Assembly (NCBI GenBank): GCA_044378015.1
Contig: JBILXZ010000008.1
Coordinates: forward strand, 9,917-73,916
From: Tagaea sp.
GTDB taxonomy: Bacteria > Pseudomonadota > Alphaproteobacteria > CACIAM-22H2
Reading direction: 5' to 3'
Length of the DNA stretch: 64,000 nt
Of this stretch, positions 20,168-29,179 are shown piece by piece (within the stretch, counting starts at the first letter, position 1; each line of letters starts with the position of its first letter). The notes under the pieces were generated by a model. It saw only the letters and a list, made by a program, of their open reading frames with translations, was not told the DNA's origin and searched no databases. The position numbers were made by a program, and so were the translations under genes.

Positions 20168-20351
20168 ACGCAATAACCCCTCATAAACAAACATAAACTG
20201 TCAAATTTCCGCTTGGCGCGATCTCGACTGCTTGGTAAGTTCGGCTGTTCATCGATTCCTCCTTTTGGGTCGATGGCATGTTCTCAAGTAGTAAACCCTG
20301 CGTGCGGGCTCTGCACGTTCTTGAGTCCCAACGAACCCTAGGAGGAACGAC

Positions 20352-20507
20352 ATGTCCGACGATCCCACCAAAGTCTGGCCGACCGGCCTGACGCTGCCGG
20401 AGGCGGAGGAGATCCACCGTCACATCATCGACGGAACGCGCATCTTCGCGCTGGTTTCGCTGGCGGCGCATCTGATGGCGTACATGTTCACGCCCTGGCT
20501 GAAATAG
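20352..20507 (+). CDS. pucB: Light-harvesting LH2 beta chain
   Basis: MSDDPTKVWPTGLTLPEAEEIHRHIIDGTRIFALVSLAAHLMAYMFTPWLK; GGAGG RBS; His40 BChl ligand and Arg at -10. Not in the ORF track. Confidence 0.95.
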   Translation: MSDDPTKVWPTGLTLPEAEEIHRHIIDGTRIFALVSLAAHLMAYMFTPWLK

Positions 20508-20518
20508 GAGAGCGAACC

Positions 20519-20752
20519 ATGTTTTACGGAAGAATGTGGCTGGTTGTGAAACCGTCGATCGGCATCCCCATGGGCGCTGTCGGCATTCTCGGGATCTCGC
20601 TGTTCGTGCATGCTTGCATCCTCACGAACACGACTTGGTTCCCTGCGTTCCTCAACGGCAGCGCCAAGCCGCGCATCGTGTCGGAATTGGTCGTACCCAC
20701 AGGCCAAATGCCGGGCGCGCAAGCGCTCGCGTCCTTGGAACTCCCGAAGTAA
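20519..20752 (+). CDS. pucA: Light-harvesting LH2-family alpha chain
   Basis: GRMWLVVKPSIGIP...VH31...TTW40FPAF44L45NG; directly follows pucB. Confidence 0.93.
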   Translation: MFYGRMWLVVKPSIGIPMGAVGILGISLFVHACILTNTTWFPAFLNGSAKPRIVSELVVPTGQMPGAQALASLELPK

Positions 20753-20778
20753 CGGGAGCCGCTCTGCAGACGACGTCA

Positions 20779-20813
20779 GCGGGCCGGGGTCCTTGCGGGA
20801 TCCCGGCCTGTTT
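20779..20813 (+). terminator. GC-rich hairpin between pucA and pucC (attenuator or mRNA stabiliser)
   Basis: GCGGGCCGGGGTCC-loop-GGATCCCGGCCTGT followed by a short T run. Confidence 0.6.
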
Positions 20814-20891
20814 CGTTGAAAGCTGCCGCAAGCGGGCTGTAGGTCGACGGAGGGATGCTGCCGTGACGTTTTCCGCATCGAGGATCGCGCG

Positions 20892-22316
20892 ATGAGTGGC
20901 GTACGCCAGAAGGCCGTTCTGTTCCTGCTGCGGGCAGGGCCACGTTTCCTGCCGTTCGCCGATGCCGCAACCCCCGATTTGCCGCTCGGACGCTTGCTGC
21001 GACTGTCGCTATTCCAGGTATCGGTCGGCATGGCGCTGGTGTTGCTGGTCGGCACGCTGAACCGCGTGATGATCGTCGAACTCGGCGTCTCGGCCGCCCT
21101 GGTCGGCGTCATGATTTCGTTGCCGTTGATTTTTGCGCCATTCCGCGCGCTGATCGGTTTTCGCTCGGACACGCACAGTTCGGCCCTTGGTTGGCGGCGC
21201 GTGCCTTTCATTTGGCGCGGCACGATGATCCAGTTCGGCGGCCTCGCGATGATGCCGTTTTCGTTGCTGGTGCTGGCGGGCGGCGGCGAGTCCGCCGATG
21301 CGCCGACCTGGATTGGCCAGATCGGAGCGGGTCTTGCGTTTCTGCTGGTCGGGGCGGGGCTGCACATGACGCAGACCGTGGGCCTCGCTTTGGCAACCGA
21401 TCTCGCCCCTGTCGAAACGCAGCCCAAAGTCGTCGGACTCATGTACGTGATGCTGCTTGCCGGAATGGTTTTTTCGGCGCTGCTGTTCGGCTGGCTGCTC
21501 GCCGATTTCTCGCCGCTGCGCCTTGTGCAGGTCATCCAAGGTGCGGCGCTGGCGACGATCGCGCTCAATGTGGTGGCGCTCTGGAAACAGGAACCGCGCA
21601 AGCCGCTCGCGCCTGCAGCGGTCGTGCCTGCAACGCAGCCGTCCTTTGCGGAAGCCTGGGGCCATTTTGCGGCAGGCGACCGTGCGCTGCGTCGCTTGAT
21701 CGCGACCGGTTTCGGCACGATGGCGTTCAGCATGTCCGACGTGCTGCTCGAGCCCTATGGCGGGCAGATTTTGCATATGGCAGTCGGAACCACGACCGCA
21801 CTTACCGCCACGCTCGCGATCGGCGGGTTGTTCGGTTTCGGTTTGGCCTCGCGCGTTCTGGGCCGCGGGGCGGACCCGTTCCGCATGGCAAGCTACGGCG
21901 CGTTGGTCGGCATTCCCGCGTATCTGGCGTTGATCGCGTCCGCGCCGTTCGACGCGCCCGTGCTGTTCGGCTTGGGCACTGCGGCCGTCGGCTTCGGGGC
22001 GGGACTGTTCGGCCATGGAACTTTGACCGCCACGATGAACCTTGCCCCCAAGAGCCAGACCGGCCTGGCGCTCGGCGCCTGGGGCGCCGTGCAGGCATCG
22101 GCCGCCGGGGTCGCGGTTGCGACGGGCGGCATCGTTTACGAAGCCGTCGCTTGGTTCGCCGCTGCGCGCGGGCTCGATCCGGCGACCGGCTACAACGCGG
22201 TCTACGCGCTCGAGATTGCGCTGCTGTTCGCGGCCCTGCTGGCCATGCTGCCGTTGCTGCGGCGTGCCCCCGCACTTGCGCGCGCGAACCCGTCCGCCGG
22301 GGCTGCCGTCTCGTGA
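20892..22316 (+). CDS. pucC: PucC-family MFS protein (LH2 assembly)
   Basis: LPFADAAT.DLPLGRLLRLSLFQ, GTLNRVMIVEL, DVLLEPYGG, LGAWGAVQA motifs. Confidence 0.92.
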   Translation: MSGVRQKAVLFLLRAGPRFLPFADAATPDLPLGRLLRLSLFQVSVGMALVLLVGTLNRVMIVELGVSAALVGVMISLPLIFAPFRALIGFRSDTHSSALGWRRVPFIWRGTMIQFGGLAMMPFSLLVLAGGGESADAPTWIGQIGAGLAFLLVGAGLHMTQTVGLALATDLAPVETQPKVVGLMYVMLLAGMVFSALLFGWLLADFSPLRLVQVIQGAALATIALNVVALWKQEPRKPLAPAAVVPATQPSFAEAWGHFAAGDRALRRLIATGFGTMAFSMSDVLLEPYGGQILHMAVGTTTALTATLAIGGLFGFGLASRVLGRGADPFRMASYGALVGIPAYLALIASAPFDAPVLFGLGTAAVGFGAGLFGHGTLTATMNLAPKSQTGLALGAWGAVQASAAGVAVATGGIVYEAVAWFAAARGLDPATGYNAVYALEIALLFAALLAMLPLLRRAPALARANPSAGAAVS

Positions 22317-22398
22317 CCGCCGCGCCGATATCCAGCTTGCCGCCCGAATTCGCCGCCTCTATCCTTTCATAACTGTCCGCGACCCATCGGAGCCAAAC

Positions 22399-22551
22399 AT
22401 GTCGAAGAAAATCATCCGGACCTACCGCTCTTTGATGTACCTGCTGCCGATCTTCCCCCTGCTGGTTCTGTTCCCGGATTCGGGACCGCTTGGACCGGTT
22501 ATGGCGCTGCTTGCAGTCGTCTTCATATTGTTCAATTGGCTCGATAGCTGA
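22399..22551 (+). CDS. 50-aa hydrophobic small protein
   Basis: GGAG RBS; MSKKIIRTYRSLMYLLPIFPLLVLFPDSGPLGPVMALLAVVFILFNWLDS with two hydrophobic stretches. Confidence 0.5.
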   Translation: MSKKIIRTYRSLMYLLPIFPLLVLFPDSGPLGPVMALLAVVFILFNWLDS

Positions 22552-22590
22552 TCCGACGCGTCGATTTGCCGGGAACGGCATGCATCGCGC

Positions 22591-22959
22591 CTATCGCCCT
22601 CTCGACCGTGCAGGCGTTCGAGCGGGCCGAGCGGACGCGCGCTCGGGCGCGCAGTAAAGCTTGTAAAGCGTTTCGATCACGCGCCTGGCCGCGATGCCGG
22701 CAAGCCTGTAGCGGATCGTTTGGCCGTCCCGGCGCGCGGCCACGAGGCCGAGCGCTCGCATCTTCGACAGATGCTGCGATAGGGCTGCCGGGCTGAGGGC
22801 GACAATCTCGGCCAGCGCGCCGGCCGGTTTTTCCCCTTCCAGCAGGCTGCACAGCGCCATCAGCCGCTTGCCGTTCGCCATTGCGCGCAGCAGGGCAGCT
22901 GCCTCTTCGGCTTTCGATTCCAGGGCGTTGCCGCCGATTTTCGTGCTTTTCGATTCCAT
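22591..22959 (-). CDS. ArsR-family repressor, BigR/SqrR-like
   Basis: ALSQHL HTH; Cys37 (RLMALC) and Cys103 (YKLYC), 66 residues apart as in BigR/SqrR. Confidence 0.85.
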   Translation of the reverse strand: MESKSTKIGGNALESKAEEAAALLRAMANGKRLMALCSLLEGEKPAGALAEIVALSPAALSQHLSKMRALGLVAARRDGQTIRYRLAGIAARRVIETLYKLYCAPERASARPARTPARSRGR

Positions 22960-22963
22960 CTTC

Positions 22964-22996
22964 ATTGTTTTAGTATTTTCGAATATACTTAACAAT
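22964..22996. promoter_or_regulatory. Inverted-repeat operator between the ArsR gene and DUF2892-yeeE genes
   Basis: ATTGTT-TT-AGTAT-TTTCGAAT-ATACT-T-AACAAT nested palindrome in the 71-bp divergent gap. Confidence 0.6.
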
Positions 22997-23030
22997 TAGT
23001 TTACCGTCCTGAAAATCGAAGGAGTTCGCC

Positions 23031-23255
23031 ATGTCCAACGTCGGATCGACCGACCGCATGCTGCGTTTTGCCGTCGGGGCCGCATTGCTTGCGGCACCGG
23101 CTTTGCCGCCGTTCGCCGATTTCTTTGCAGCGATCGGGCTTTGGAAGTTCGCATTTGCGGCTGCGGGCGCGATCCTGATCGGGACCGCGGCATTCCGCTT
23201 CTGTCCCGCCTACCGGCTTGTCGGCATTTCGACCTGCCGCATCCCGTCGCCGTAA
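23031..23255 (+). CDS. DUF2892 (YgaP-like) membrane protein
   Basis: NVGSTDRMLR...FCPAYRLVGISTC. Confidence 0.85.
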   Translation: MSNVGSTDRMLRFAVGAALLAAPALPPFADFFAAIGLWKFAFAAAGAILIGTAAFRFCPAYRLVGISTCRIPSP

Positions 23256-23262
23256 GCGCGCG

Positions 23263-23700
23263 ATGGCGGAAGGTTCTTTTGCCGCCGCGTTGGCGGGCGG
23301 CGCGCTGATCGGTGCGGCGGCCGTGCTGCTGATGCTTTTCGTCGGCCGCATTGCCGGGGTGAGCGGCATTGCGGCACGCCTGCTGCCGCCGTATGCCGAC
23401 GGCGAAACGGCAGTGCGCGACTTCGCGGGCAGGGCCGCCTTCGTTTTGGGGCTGGTGGCTGCGCCAGCCGCGTGGCGCTTGCGCGCCGATGCGATGCCGG
23501 ATCTCGTCGTTGACGCGGGGCCTGCCACGCTTGTCGTTGCGGGGCTGCTGGTCGGCTTCGGCAGCGTTTTGGGCAGCGGCTGCACATCCGGTCACGGCGT
23601 GTGCGGATTGTCGCGTCTGTCCAAACGCTCCTACGTCGCTGTGGCGATCTTCATGGCGACGGCGATCGCAACCGCCGTTTCGGGGCGGCATTTTTTGTGA
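23263..23700 (+). CDS. YeeE/YedE family sulfur transporter (PmpA-like)
   Basis: GRIAGVSGI and GSGCTSGHGVCG motifs. Confidence 0.85.
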   Translation: MAEGSFAAALAGGALIGAAAVLLMLFVGRIAGVSGIAARLLPPYADGETAVRDFAGRAAFVLGLVAAPAAWRLRADAMPDLVVDAGPATLVVAGLLVGFGSVLGSGCTSGHGVCGLSRLSKRSYVAVAIFMATAIATAVSGRHFL

Positions 23701-23708
23701 GGAGCACG

Positions 23709-24170
23709 ATGGCCCTTTTGGCGCAATTCGCGGTAGGCCTTCTGTTCGGGCTCGGGCTGGTCGTTTCGGGCATGTCGAACCCGGCGACGGTGCTCGGTTT
23801 CCTCGATGTTTCTGCCGTCGGATCGGGGACCTGGGATCCGCGCTTGGCATTCGTGCTGGTCGGTGCGGTTAGCGTCGCAGCGCTCGGCTATCGCCTGGTG
23901 CTGCAGCGTCGGCGGCCGGTCCTCGCTGAAGCATTCCATCTGCCGACCGCGACAGCGGTCGATGCGCGCCTTGTTGTCGGAGCGGCGATATTCGGCGTCG
24001 GCTGGGGGCTTGTCGGGTTCTGCCCCGGCCCCGCCTTCGTCGCAGCGGGTACCGGTGCCGCACCGGCTTTCCTGTTTGTCGCCGCAATGCTGGTCGGTAT
24101 GCTGGCCGCGCGCATGTTGGCGAAGCGTCTCAATCTGCCTCGGCCAGGGCCAGCAGCATCCGACGCATGA
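23709..24170 (+). CDS. YeeE/YedE family sulfur transporter (PmpB-like)
   Basis: SGMSNPATVLGFLD, WDPRL, GWGLVGFCPGP motifs. Confidence 0.85.
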   Translation: MALLAQFAVGLLFGLGLVVSGMSNPATVLGFLDVSAVGSGTWDPRLAFVLVGAVSVAALGYRLVLQRRRPVLAEAFHLPTATAVDARLVVGAAIFGVGWGLVGFCPGPAFVAAGTGAAPAFLFVAAMLVGMLAARMLAKRLNLPRPGPAASDA

Positions 24171-25122
24171 TGAGGCCGGGCTTATCCGACGGCATGTGCC
24201 GTTCGGCGGTCGCAAAATCGCGCAATGGCACGTACGGGTCCGTCGCTTCGAGCACGGCCTTGTCTTCGAGCGTGACGGCGCGGTCGAACGCGACGGCTAT
24301 TGCGGTCGGCACATCGGCTTCGCTGTCGTTGCGGTAGGCCCATTGCACAAGCCGCGTATGGCCGTCGTCGACGGGTACGGTTGCGGTCACGATGCGGTGC
24401 GCAACGCCGTTGGGATAGGCGAGGTCGAGCTTGCGCAAGAACGGGACCCAATAGCGATGCATGGTCGTGCGCGTCGTGGTTTCGCCGTTGAGGCCCGAAT
24501 AGGCGGCTCCGATCGCGCGATTGGCGGCACGCTCGACAGCGTGTGCCACGAATCCGTCGCCGAATTCTTCGATGCTGTTTTCGGCCGGGATCGGGTCGCG
24601 CGTGGCGCCGAACGTCGCCTGGTGCACGAACTCGATATGCGCGTTGTCGAACTCGTTTTCCATGAGCCGCAATGCGCCGCAAGCCCAGGTCTCGGCGAAT
24701 TCGGGGATGCGCCGCCAAGCGGGATCGCCGTCCTCGGCGAAATCGGGGATGTCGGCTTGCGGCTTGTCGAGGGCGACCCAGACATGTCCGTAGCGCGCCT
24801 GGGCGTGGAAGGCGGAGATCTTGATATTGCCGGTCGCAGCCGGATCGGCGCGCTGCGGGATGCGTATGCATTTGCCCGTGCGGTCGAACGTCCAGCCGTG
24901 ATAGCCGCATACAATGGCGCCGTTCTCGACGCTGCCGATGGAAAGTTTCGCGGTACGATGGCAGCAGCGGTCGATGGCTGCGGCGGGCGCTCCTGTTTCG
25001 TCGCGCCACAGCACGAGATCGACACCGAGCAGACGTTGTGCCACCGGCTCCGCATCGAGATACTCGACGCGAACGAGCGGGTACCAGAAGCGCCGAAGCG
25101 CCGGAATCTCGGAGAGTTTCAT
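24130..25122 (-). CDS. Rieske non-heme iron oxygenase alpha subunit (VanA/NdmA-like)
   Basis: CCHR...CGYHGW Rieske motif; ENEFDNAHIEFVH mononuclear Fe motif; EDKAVLE. Confidence 0.88.
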   Translation of the reverse strand: MKLSEIPALRRFWYPLVRVEYLDAEPVAQRLLGVDLVLWRDETGAPAAAIDRCCHRTAKLSIGSVENGAIVCGYHGWTFDRTGKCIRIPQRADPAATGNIKISAFHAQARYGHVWVALDKPQADIPDFAEDGDPAWRRIPEFAETWACGALRLMENEFDNAHIEFVHQATFGATRDPIPAENSIEEFGDGFVAHAVERAANRAIGAAYSGLNGETTTRTTMHRYWVPFLRKLDLAYPNGVAHRIVTATVPVDDGHTRLVQWAYRNDSEADVPTAIAVAFDRAVTLEDKAVLEATDPYVPLRDFATAERHMPSDKPGLIMRRMLLALAEAD

Positions 25123-25323
25123 GCGCACCGGTCGAAGCAATTCGGGTGCCAGTGCTCTGGAGTCTTTTCGCCGTGCCGCGCTGAGGCTTATTGAACCGGA
25201 ATCTGCGTTCGCGTTTCGAGGCGCTCTCGGCCGATCCCGAAATCGTCGCAATGCCTTCAATGGCATATGTTTTGCATTCTTTCCTGCGGATTTTTCGTCT
25301 CGTTCGAACCAGGAGTTTTGCGC

Positions 25324-26358
25324 ATGCGGTCGTTTGTTTTCGGGGTCGTTGCTGCCCTTGTTGTCGCTTCGGGGGCCTCGGCCCAGACGCCGGTGCGTTG
25401 GCTCAGTCAGACGCCGACCGTGCAGACACAGTATCCGATCGGATCGGCTGCGATGGCGCGCATCACGTCGGCCGGTGTGGGCCTGCGCGTCGACCGGCAG
25501 GAATTCATGGCGCTCGGCCTTAATCTTGCCGACGCGCTTCGCTTGGTGCGCGGCGGCACGTACGACGTCGTCTCGACGCAGGTCGGCCTCGCGTCGCGCG
25601 ACGACCCGTTCCTCGAAGGCATCGATCTGATCGGCGTGTCGACCAACATGGACGATCTCGAAGCGGCCGTGAAAGCCTACCGGCCGCTGTTCGACAAGCG
25701 CCTCGAGCAGCGCTTCGGCGCGCGCGCGCTTGCGATCTGGCCGTTCGGTCCGCAGGTTTTCTTCTGCAACCAGGCCATCAAGACGCTCGACGATCTCAAA
25801 GGCCAGCGCGTGCGCTCCTTCACGCCGTCGATGTCGAAATTGCTCGAGCAGCTGGGTGCAACGCCTGTCTCGATTGCGTTCCCGGAAGTCTATCCTTCGC
25901 TGCAGCGCGGTGTGGCCAATTGCGGCGTCACGTCGCCGACCTCGGCCAACACCGGCCGTTGGCCTGAGGTGACCTCGCATCTGCTGCCGCTCTCGGTTTC
26001 GGGCTCGGTGCAGGCGCATCTCGTAAATGCGGCGTGGTACGCCAAGCTTTCGGCGCCGCAAAAGGACGTGCTGTCGCTCGAGTTGCGGCGCATGGAAGCC
26101 GAGCTTTGGAACCTCGCGCGCAACACCAACGAGATCGCCACCAACTGCAGCATCGGCAAGGAGCCCTGCACGCCGCCGCACGTCAGCTACAAGATGACGC
26201 TGGTCGACGTGGCGTCGGCCGATCTTGCGCGGGTGCGCAGCATCTCTGCCGAGCAGGTCCTTCCGGAATGGGCCGAGCGCTGCGAGCGGGCCTATCCAAA
26301 TTGCAAGCAAGCCTGGAACGGCAGCATCGGGAAAGCGCGCGGGATCACGATCCGCTAG
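25324..26358 (+). CDS. dctP: TRAP transporter substrate-binding protein
   Basis: Signal peptide; DLKGQRVR and EVYPSLQRGV motifs. Confidence 0.88.
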   Translation: MRSFVFGVVAALVVASGASAQTPVRWLSQTPTVQTQYPIGSAAMARITSAGVGLRVDRQEFMALGLNLADALRLVRGGTYDVVSTQVGLASRDDPFLEGIDLIGVSTNMDDLEAAVKAYRPLFDKRLEQRFGARALAIWPFGPQVFFCNQAIKTLDDLKGQRVRSFTPSMSKLLEQLGATPVSIAFPEVYPSLQRGVANCGVTSPTSANTGRWPEVTSHLLPLSVSGSVQAHLVNAAWYAKLSAPQKDVLSLELRRMEAELWNLARNTNEIATNCSIGKEPCTPPHVSYKMTLVDVASADLARVRSISAEQVLPEWAERCERAYPNCKQAWNGSIGKARGITIR

Positions 26359-26979
26359 ATGGCCGCTGCCGGACCTTACGACAACGAAAATCCCGTCGCG
26401 CGCGCGCTGGGCCCGGTGGTTCGCCGGCTCCAGATCGCGTGCGGATGGGCGTTGATTGCGATCTGTTTTGCCACGCTCTACGACATCGTGGCCCGGCGCA
26501 TGTTCGGCCACTCTGTCCAGGGCGTGAACGAGTTGGGGGCTTATCTGCTGGCCATCGTTTCGGCTTTCGGTTTCTCCTCGGCACTGCTGCAGAAGGCGCA
26601 TTCGCGAGTCGATTTCCTCTATCCCTATCTGCCGAAGCCCGTCGTGTCCGCCTTGAACCTCGCGACGGCGGTGTCGCTTGCCGTCCTTGCGGCGATTTCC
26701 GTATGGCAAGGCTGGCACGTGCTCGACGAAAGCCTTCTGTTCGATAGCCGCGCGGCAACGCCGCTGCAGACGCCGATGTGGATACCGCAAGGTCTTTGGC
26801 TCGCCGGGCTTGCCGTATTCGCCGGCGTGTCGGGCGCATGCGCTGTTCACGCCGCGATCCTCTTCGTGCGCGACCGCAAACGTCTCGACGCGCTCTACGG
26901 TCCGCTGACGGTCGAAGGCCAGATCGAGGTCGAAACGCAAGGGACTTTGCCGATCGAAGCCGAAGGAAAAGCACCGTGA
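26359..26979 (+). CDS. dctQ: TRAP small permease
   Basis: Four TM segments; HSRVDFL and TPMWIPQ motifs. Confidence 0.85.
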   Translation: MAAAGPYDNENPVARALGPVVRRLQIACGWALIAICFATLYDIVARRMFGHSVQGVNELGAYLLAIVSAFGFSSALLQKAHSRVDFLYPYLPKPVVSALNLATAVSLAVLAAISVWQGWHVLDESLLFDSRAATPLQTPMWIPQGLWLAGLAVFAGVSGACAVHAAILFVRDRKRLDALYGPLTVEGQIEVETQGTLPIEAEGKAP

Positions 26980-28289
26980 CGATCGGAATGGCTGCCGTCG
27001 CTCTCGGCTTCCTCGGCATGCTGCTTTTGCTGTTCCTCGGCCTGCATGTCGCAACCGTGCTGTTCCTCACGGCTGCCGTCGCGATCGAGATCTATTTCGA
27101 CGGCACGCTGATGGCGATCTACGGGACGCAGCTGTGGAGCGCCATGGAGGACTACATCCTCCTGTCGATTCCGCTCTACATTCTACTCGGAGAAATTCTC
27201 GTGCGCTGCGGCGCGACCGACAAGATGTACGGCGCCCTCGCGCTTTGGCTCGGGCGTCTTCCGGGCGGGCTGCTGCACACGAATGTCGGCGCTTCGGCGC
27301 TGTTCTCGGCCGTTTCGGGCTCGTCCGTTTCGACCGCCGCAACCATCGCGACCGTGGCATTGCCGTCCTTCCGCCAGCGCGGCTACGACGACCGTCTCGT
27401 GCTCGGATCGATCGCCGCAGGTGCGTCTCTCGGCAACCTCATTCCGCCCGGCATCGCCTTCATCGTCTATGCGGCATTGACGAACAGCTCGGTCGGCCAG
27501 CTCTACGCCGGCGCCATAATCCCGAGCGTGCTGATGACCGCGCTTTTCATGGCGACGATCGTGGCGATCGCACTGGTCCGTCCGGACCTTACCGGCCCTA
27601 AGGAGCCGACGCGCCGTTTGGCCGAGCGCATTCGCGGTCTGGCCGACCTCACCGGGCCGGTCGTCGTTTTCGTCGTCATCATGGGGTCGATCTACACCGG
27701 CTGGGCGACCGTTACAGAATCGGCGGCTCTGTCGGTCCTTGTGGCGCTTGTCATTGCGGCCGCCAACCGTACGCTCAGCATCCGCATGCTGCACGAGAGC
27801 TTCGTTGCGACCGCCAATCTCACCGCGATCACGATGCTCATTCTGGCCGTGGCCTTCTTCCTCAATTTCGCGCTCGGCAGTCTCAACGTCACGCAGACTC
27901 TGAGCGCATTCATCGCCGGCCTCGGACGCTCGCCGACCGAGCTCATGTGGATCCTCGCGGTTTTCTACGTGCTGCTCGGCGTCTTCTTCGAAACGCTGCC
28001 GATGATGGTGGGTACCGTGCCGATCGTGTTCCCGATCATCGTGGCTGCCGGCATCGACCCGATCTGGTTCGGCGTTTTTATGGTGCTGATGTGCGAACTT
28101 TCGCTGCTGACGCCGCCGGTGGGCATGACGCTCTACGTCATCCAGGCCGTGCGCCGTGAAGGCAATATCCGCGACGTGTTCGCCGGCACGATCCCGTTCG
28201 TTGCGGCGATGGTGTTGATGACGGCGATCTTGATCCATTTCCCGTGGATCGCGACCGAACTGCCGCGGCGCATGTTCGCGCCCGACTGA
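26976..28289 (+). CDS. dctM: TRAP large permease
   Basis: SAVSGSS, LGNLIPPGI, DPIWFG, LTPPVGM motifs. Confidence 0.9.
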   Translation: MTIGMAAVALGFLGMLLLLFLGLHVATVLFLTAAVAIEIYFDGTLMAIYGTQLWSAMEDYILLSIPLYILLGEILVRCGATDKMYGALALWLGRLPGGLLHTNVGASALFSAVSGSSVSTAATIATVALPSFRQRGYDDRLVLGSIAAGASLGNLIPPGIAFIVYAALTNSSVGQLYAGAIIPSVLMTALFMATIVAIALVRPDLTGPKEPTRRLAERIRGLADLTGPVVVFVVIMGSIYTGWATVTESAALSVLVALVIAAANRTLSIRMLHESFVATANLTAITMLILAVAFFLNFALGSLNVTQTLSAFIAGLGRSPTELMWILAVFYVLLGVFFETLPMMVGTVPIVFPIIVAAGIDPIWFGVFMVLMCELSLLTPPVGMTLYVIQAVRREGNIRDVFAGTIPFVAAMVLMTAILIHFPWIATELPRRMFAPD

Positions 28290-28402
28290 TTTTCGCCGTC
28301 GAAACACCCGATTGCGTATATCCCGACCCTGCCGACAGGGTCGGCGCTTCGCCATTCTCGATCCTCGGTTTCTTCAGTGCCGCTTCAGATCGGAAAAGCG
28401 CG

Positions 28403-28909
28403 ATGCCAAAATATCTCGTCGTCTACTACTCTTGGACAGGCAACACGGCGAAAGTCGCCAAGCTGATTGCGGTGACGCTTGGCGCCGACATCGAAGAAAT
28501 CCGCGAGGCGAAGCCGCGTCGCGGGTTCTTCGCCTTTACGGCTTCCCTGGTCGCTTCGGTCCTCAAGCGGTCGCCGCCGATTCTGGAATCGATAATAAAT
28601 GTCGTCGACTACGACATCGTTATTCTGGGCTGCCCCGTATGGGGCGCGAACATGGCGACGCCGATGCGCGCCTACTTGACGCGGGAAGGTCCGCGCACGA
28701 AAGAGATCGCGTTGTTCTGTACGTTGGGCGGCAGCGGAGGCAAGGCCACCCTTGCCCGGATGGCAGCGCTTTGCGAGCGCACGTCGCTCGCCGATCTTGC
28801 CTTGAACCAGCCTGCAATTGCCTCCGACGCGTGGCGCAGTTCGGTCGAGCTTTTCGCTCGGCAGATCCAAAAGAGCGACGCGACCCCAAGCGACCGCGCC
28901 GCCGCTTGA
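28403..28909 (+). CDS. Flavodoxin-like protein
   Basis: YYSWTGNTAKVA, LGCPVW, FCTLGG motifs. Confidence 0.85.
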   Translation: MPKYLVVYYSWTGNTAKVAKLIAVTLGADIEEIREAKPRRGFFAFTASLVASVLKRSPPILESIINVVDYDIVILGCPVWGANMATPMRAYLTREGPRTKEIALFCTLGGSGGKATLARMAALCERTSLADLALNQPAIASDAWRSSVELFARQIQKSDATPSDRAAA

Positions 28910-28986
28910 AAGACCGCGCCTTCGCTGCAGACGCTTGGACGACAGACGATTAGCATTTTTCGATTGCGGCGGGGCGGTCTGCCGCG

Positions 28987-29034
28987 TGGCGTTCCCTAGG
29001 GGATTCGAACCCCTGTATCCACCGTGAAAGGGTG
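28987..29034 (-). repeat. att site: duplicated 3' 48 bp of tRNA-Glu
   Basis: TGGCGTTCCCTAGGGGATTCGAACCCCTGTATCCACCGTGAAAGGGTG is identical to 35409-35456. Confidence 0.95.
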
Positions 29035-29137
29035 TAAACTAGTCCTTTCTGGGACATGCTCAGACGGTACGAGATACAAGTATTCCAATAAAATATGAGT
29101 TTTTATATCCCCTTGCGTCCGGCACCGTTCCACCCCA

Positions 29138-29165
29138 TGTTTGCCGTACACTTGCCGTACGGCAC
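29138..29165. repeat. 28-bp direct repeat, putative integrase arm-type site (copy 1; copy 2 at 35340-35367)
   Basis: TGTTTGCCGTACACTTGCCGTACGGCAC occurs near both ends, each with tandem TTGCCGTAC. Confidence 0.8.
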
Positions 29166-29179
29166 GAAGGGGATGAGAA

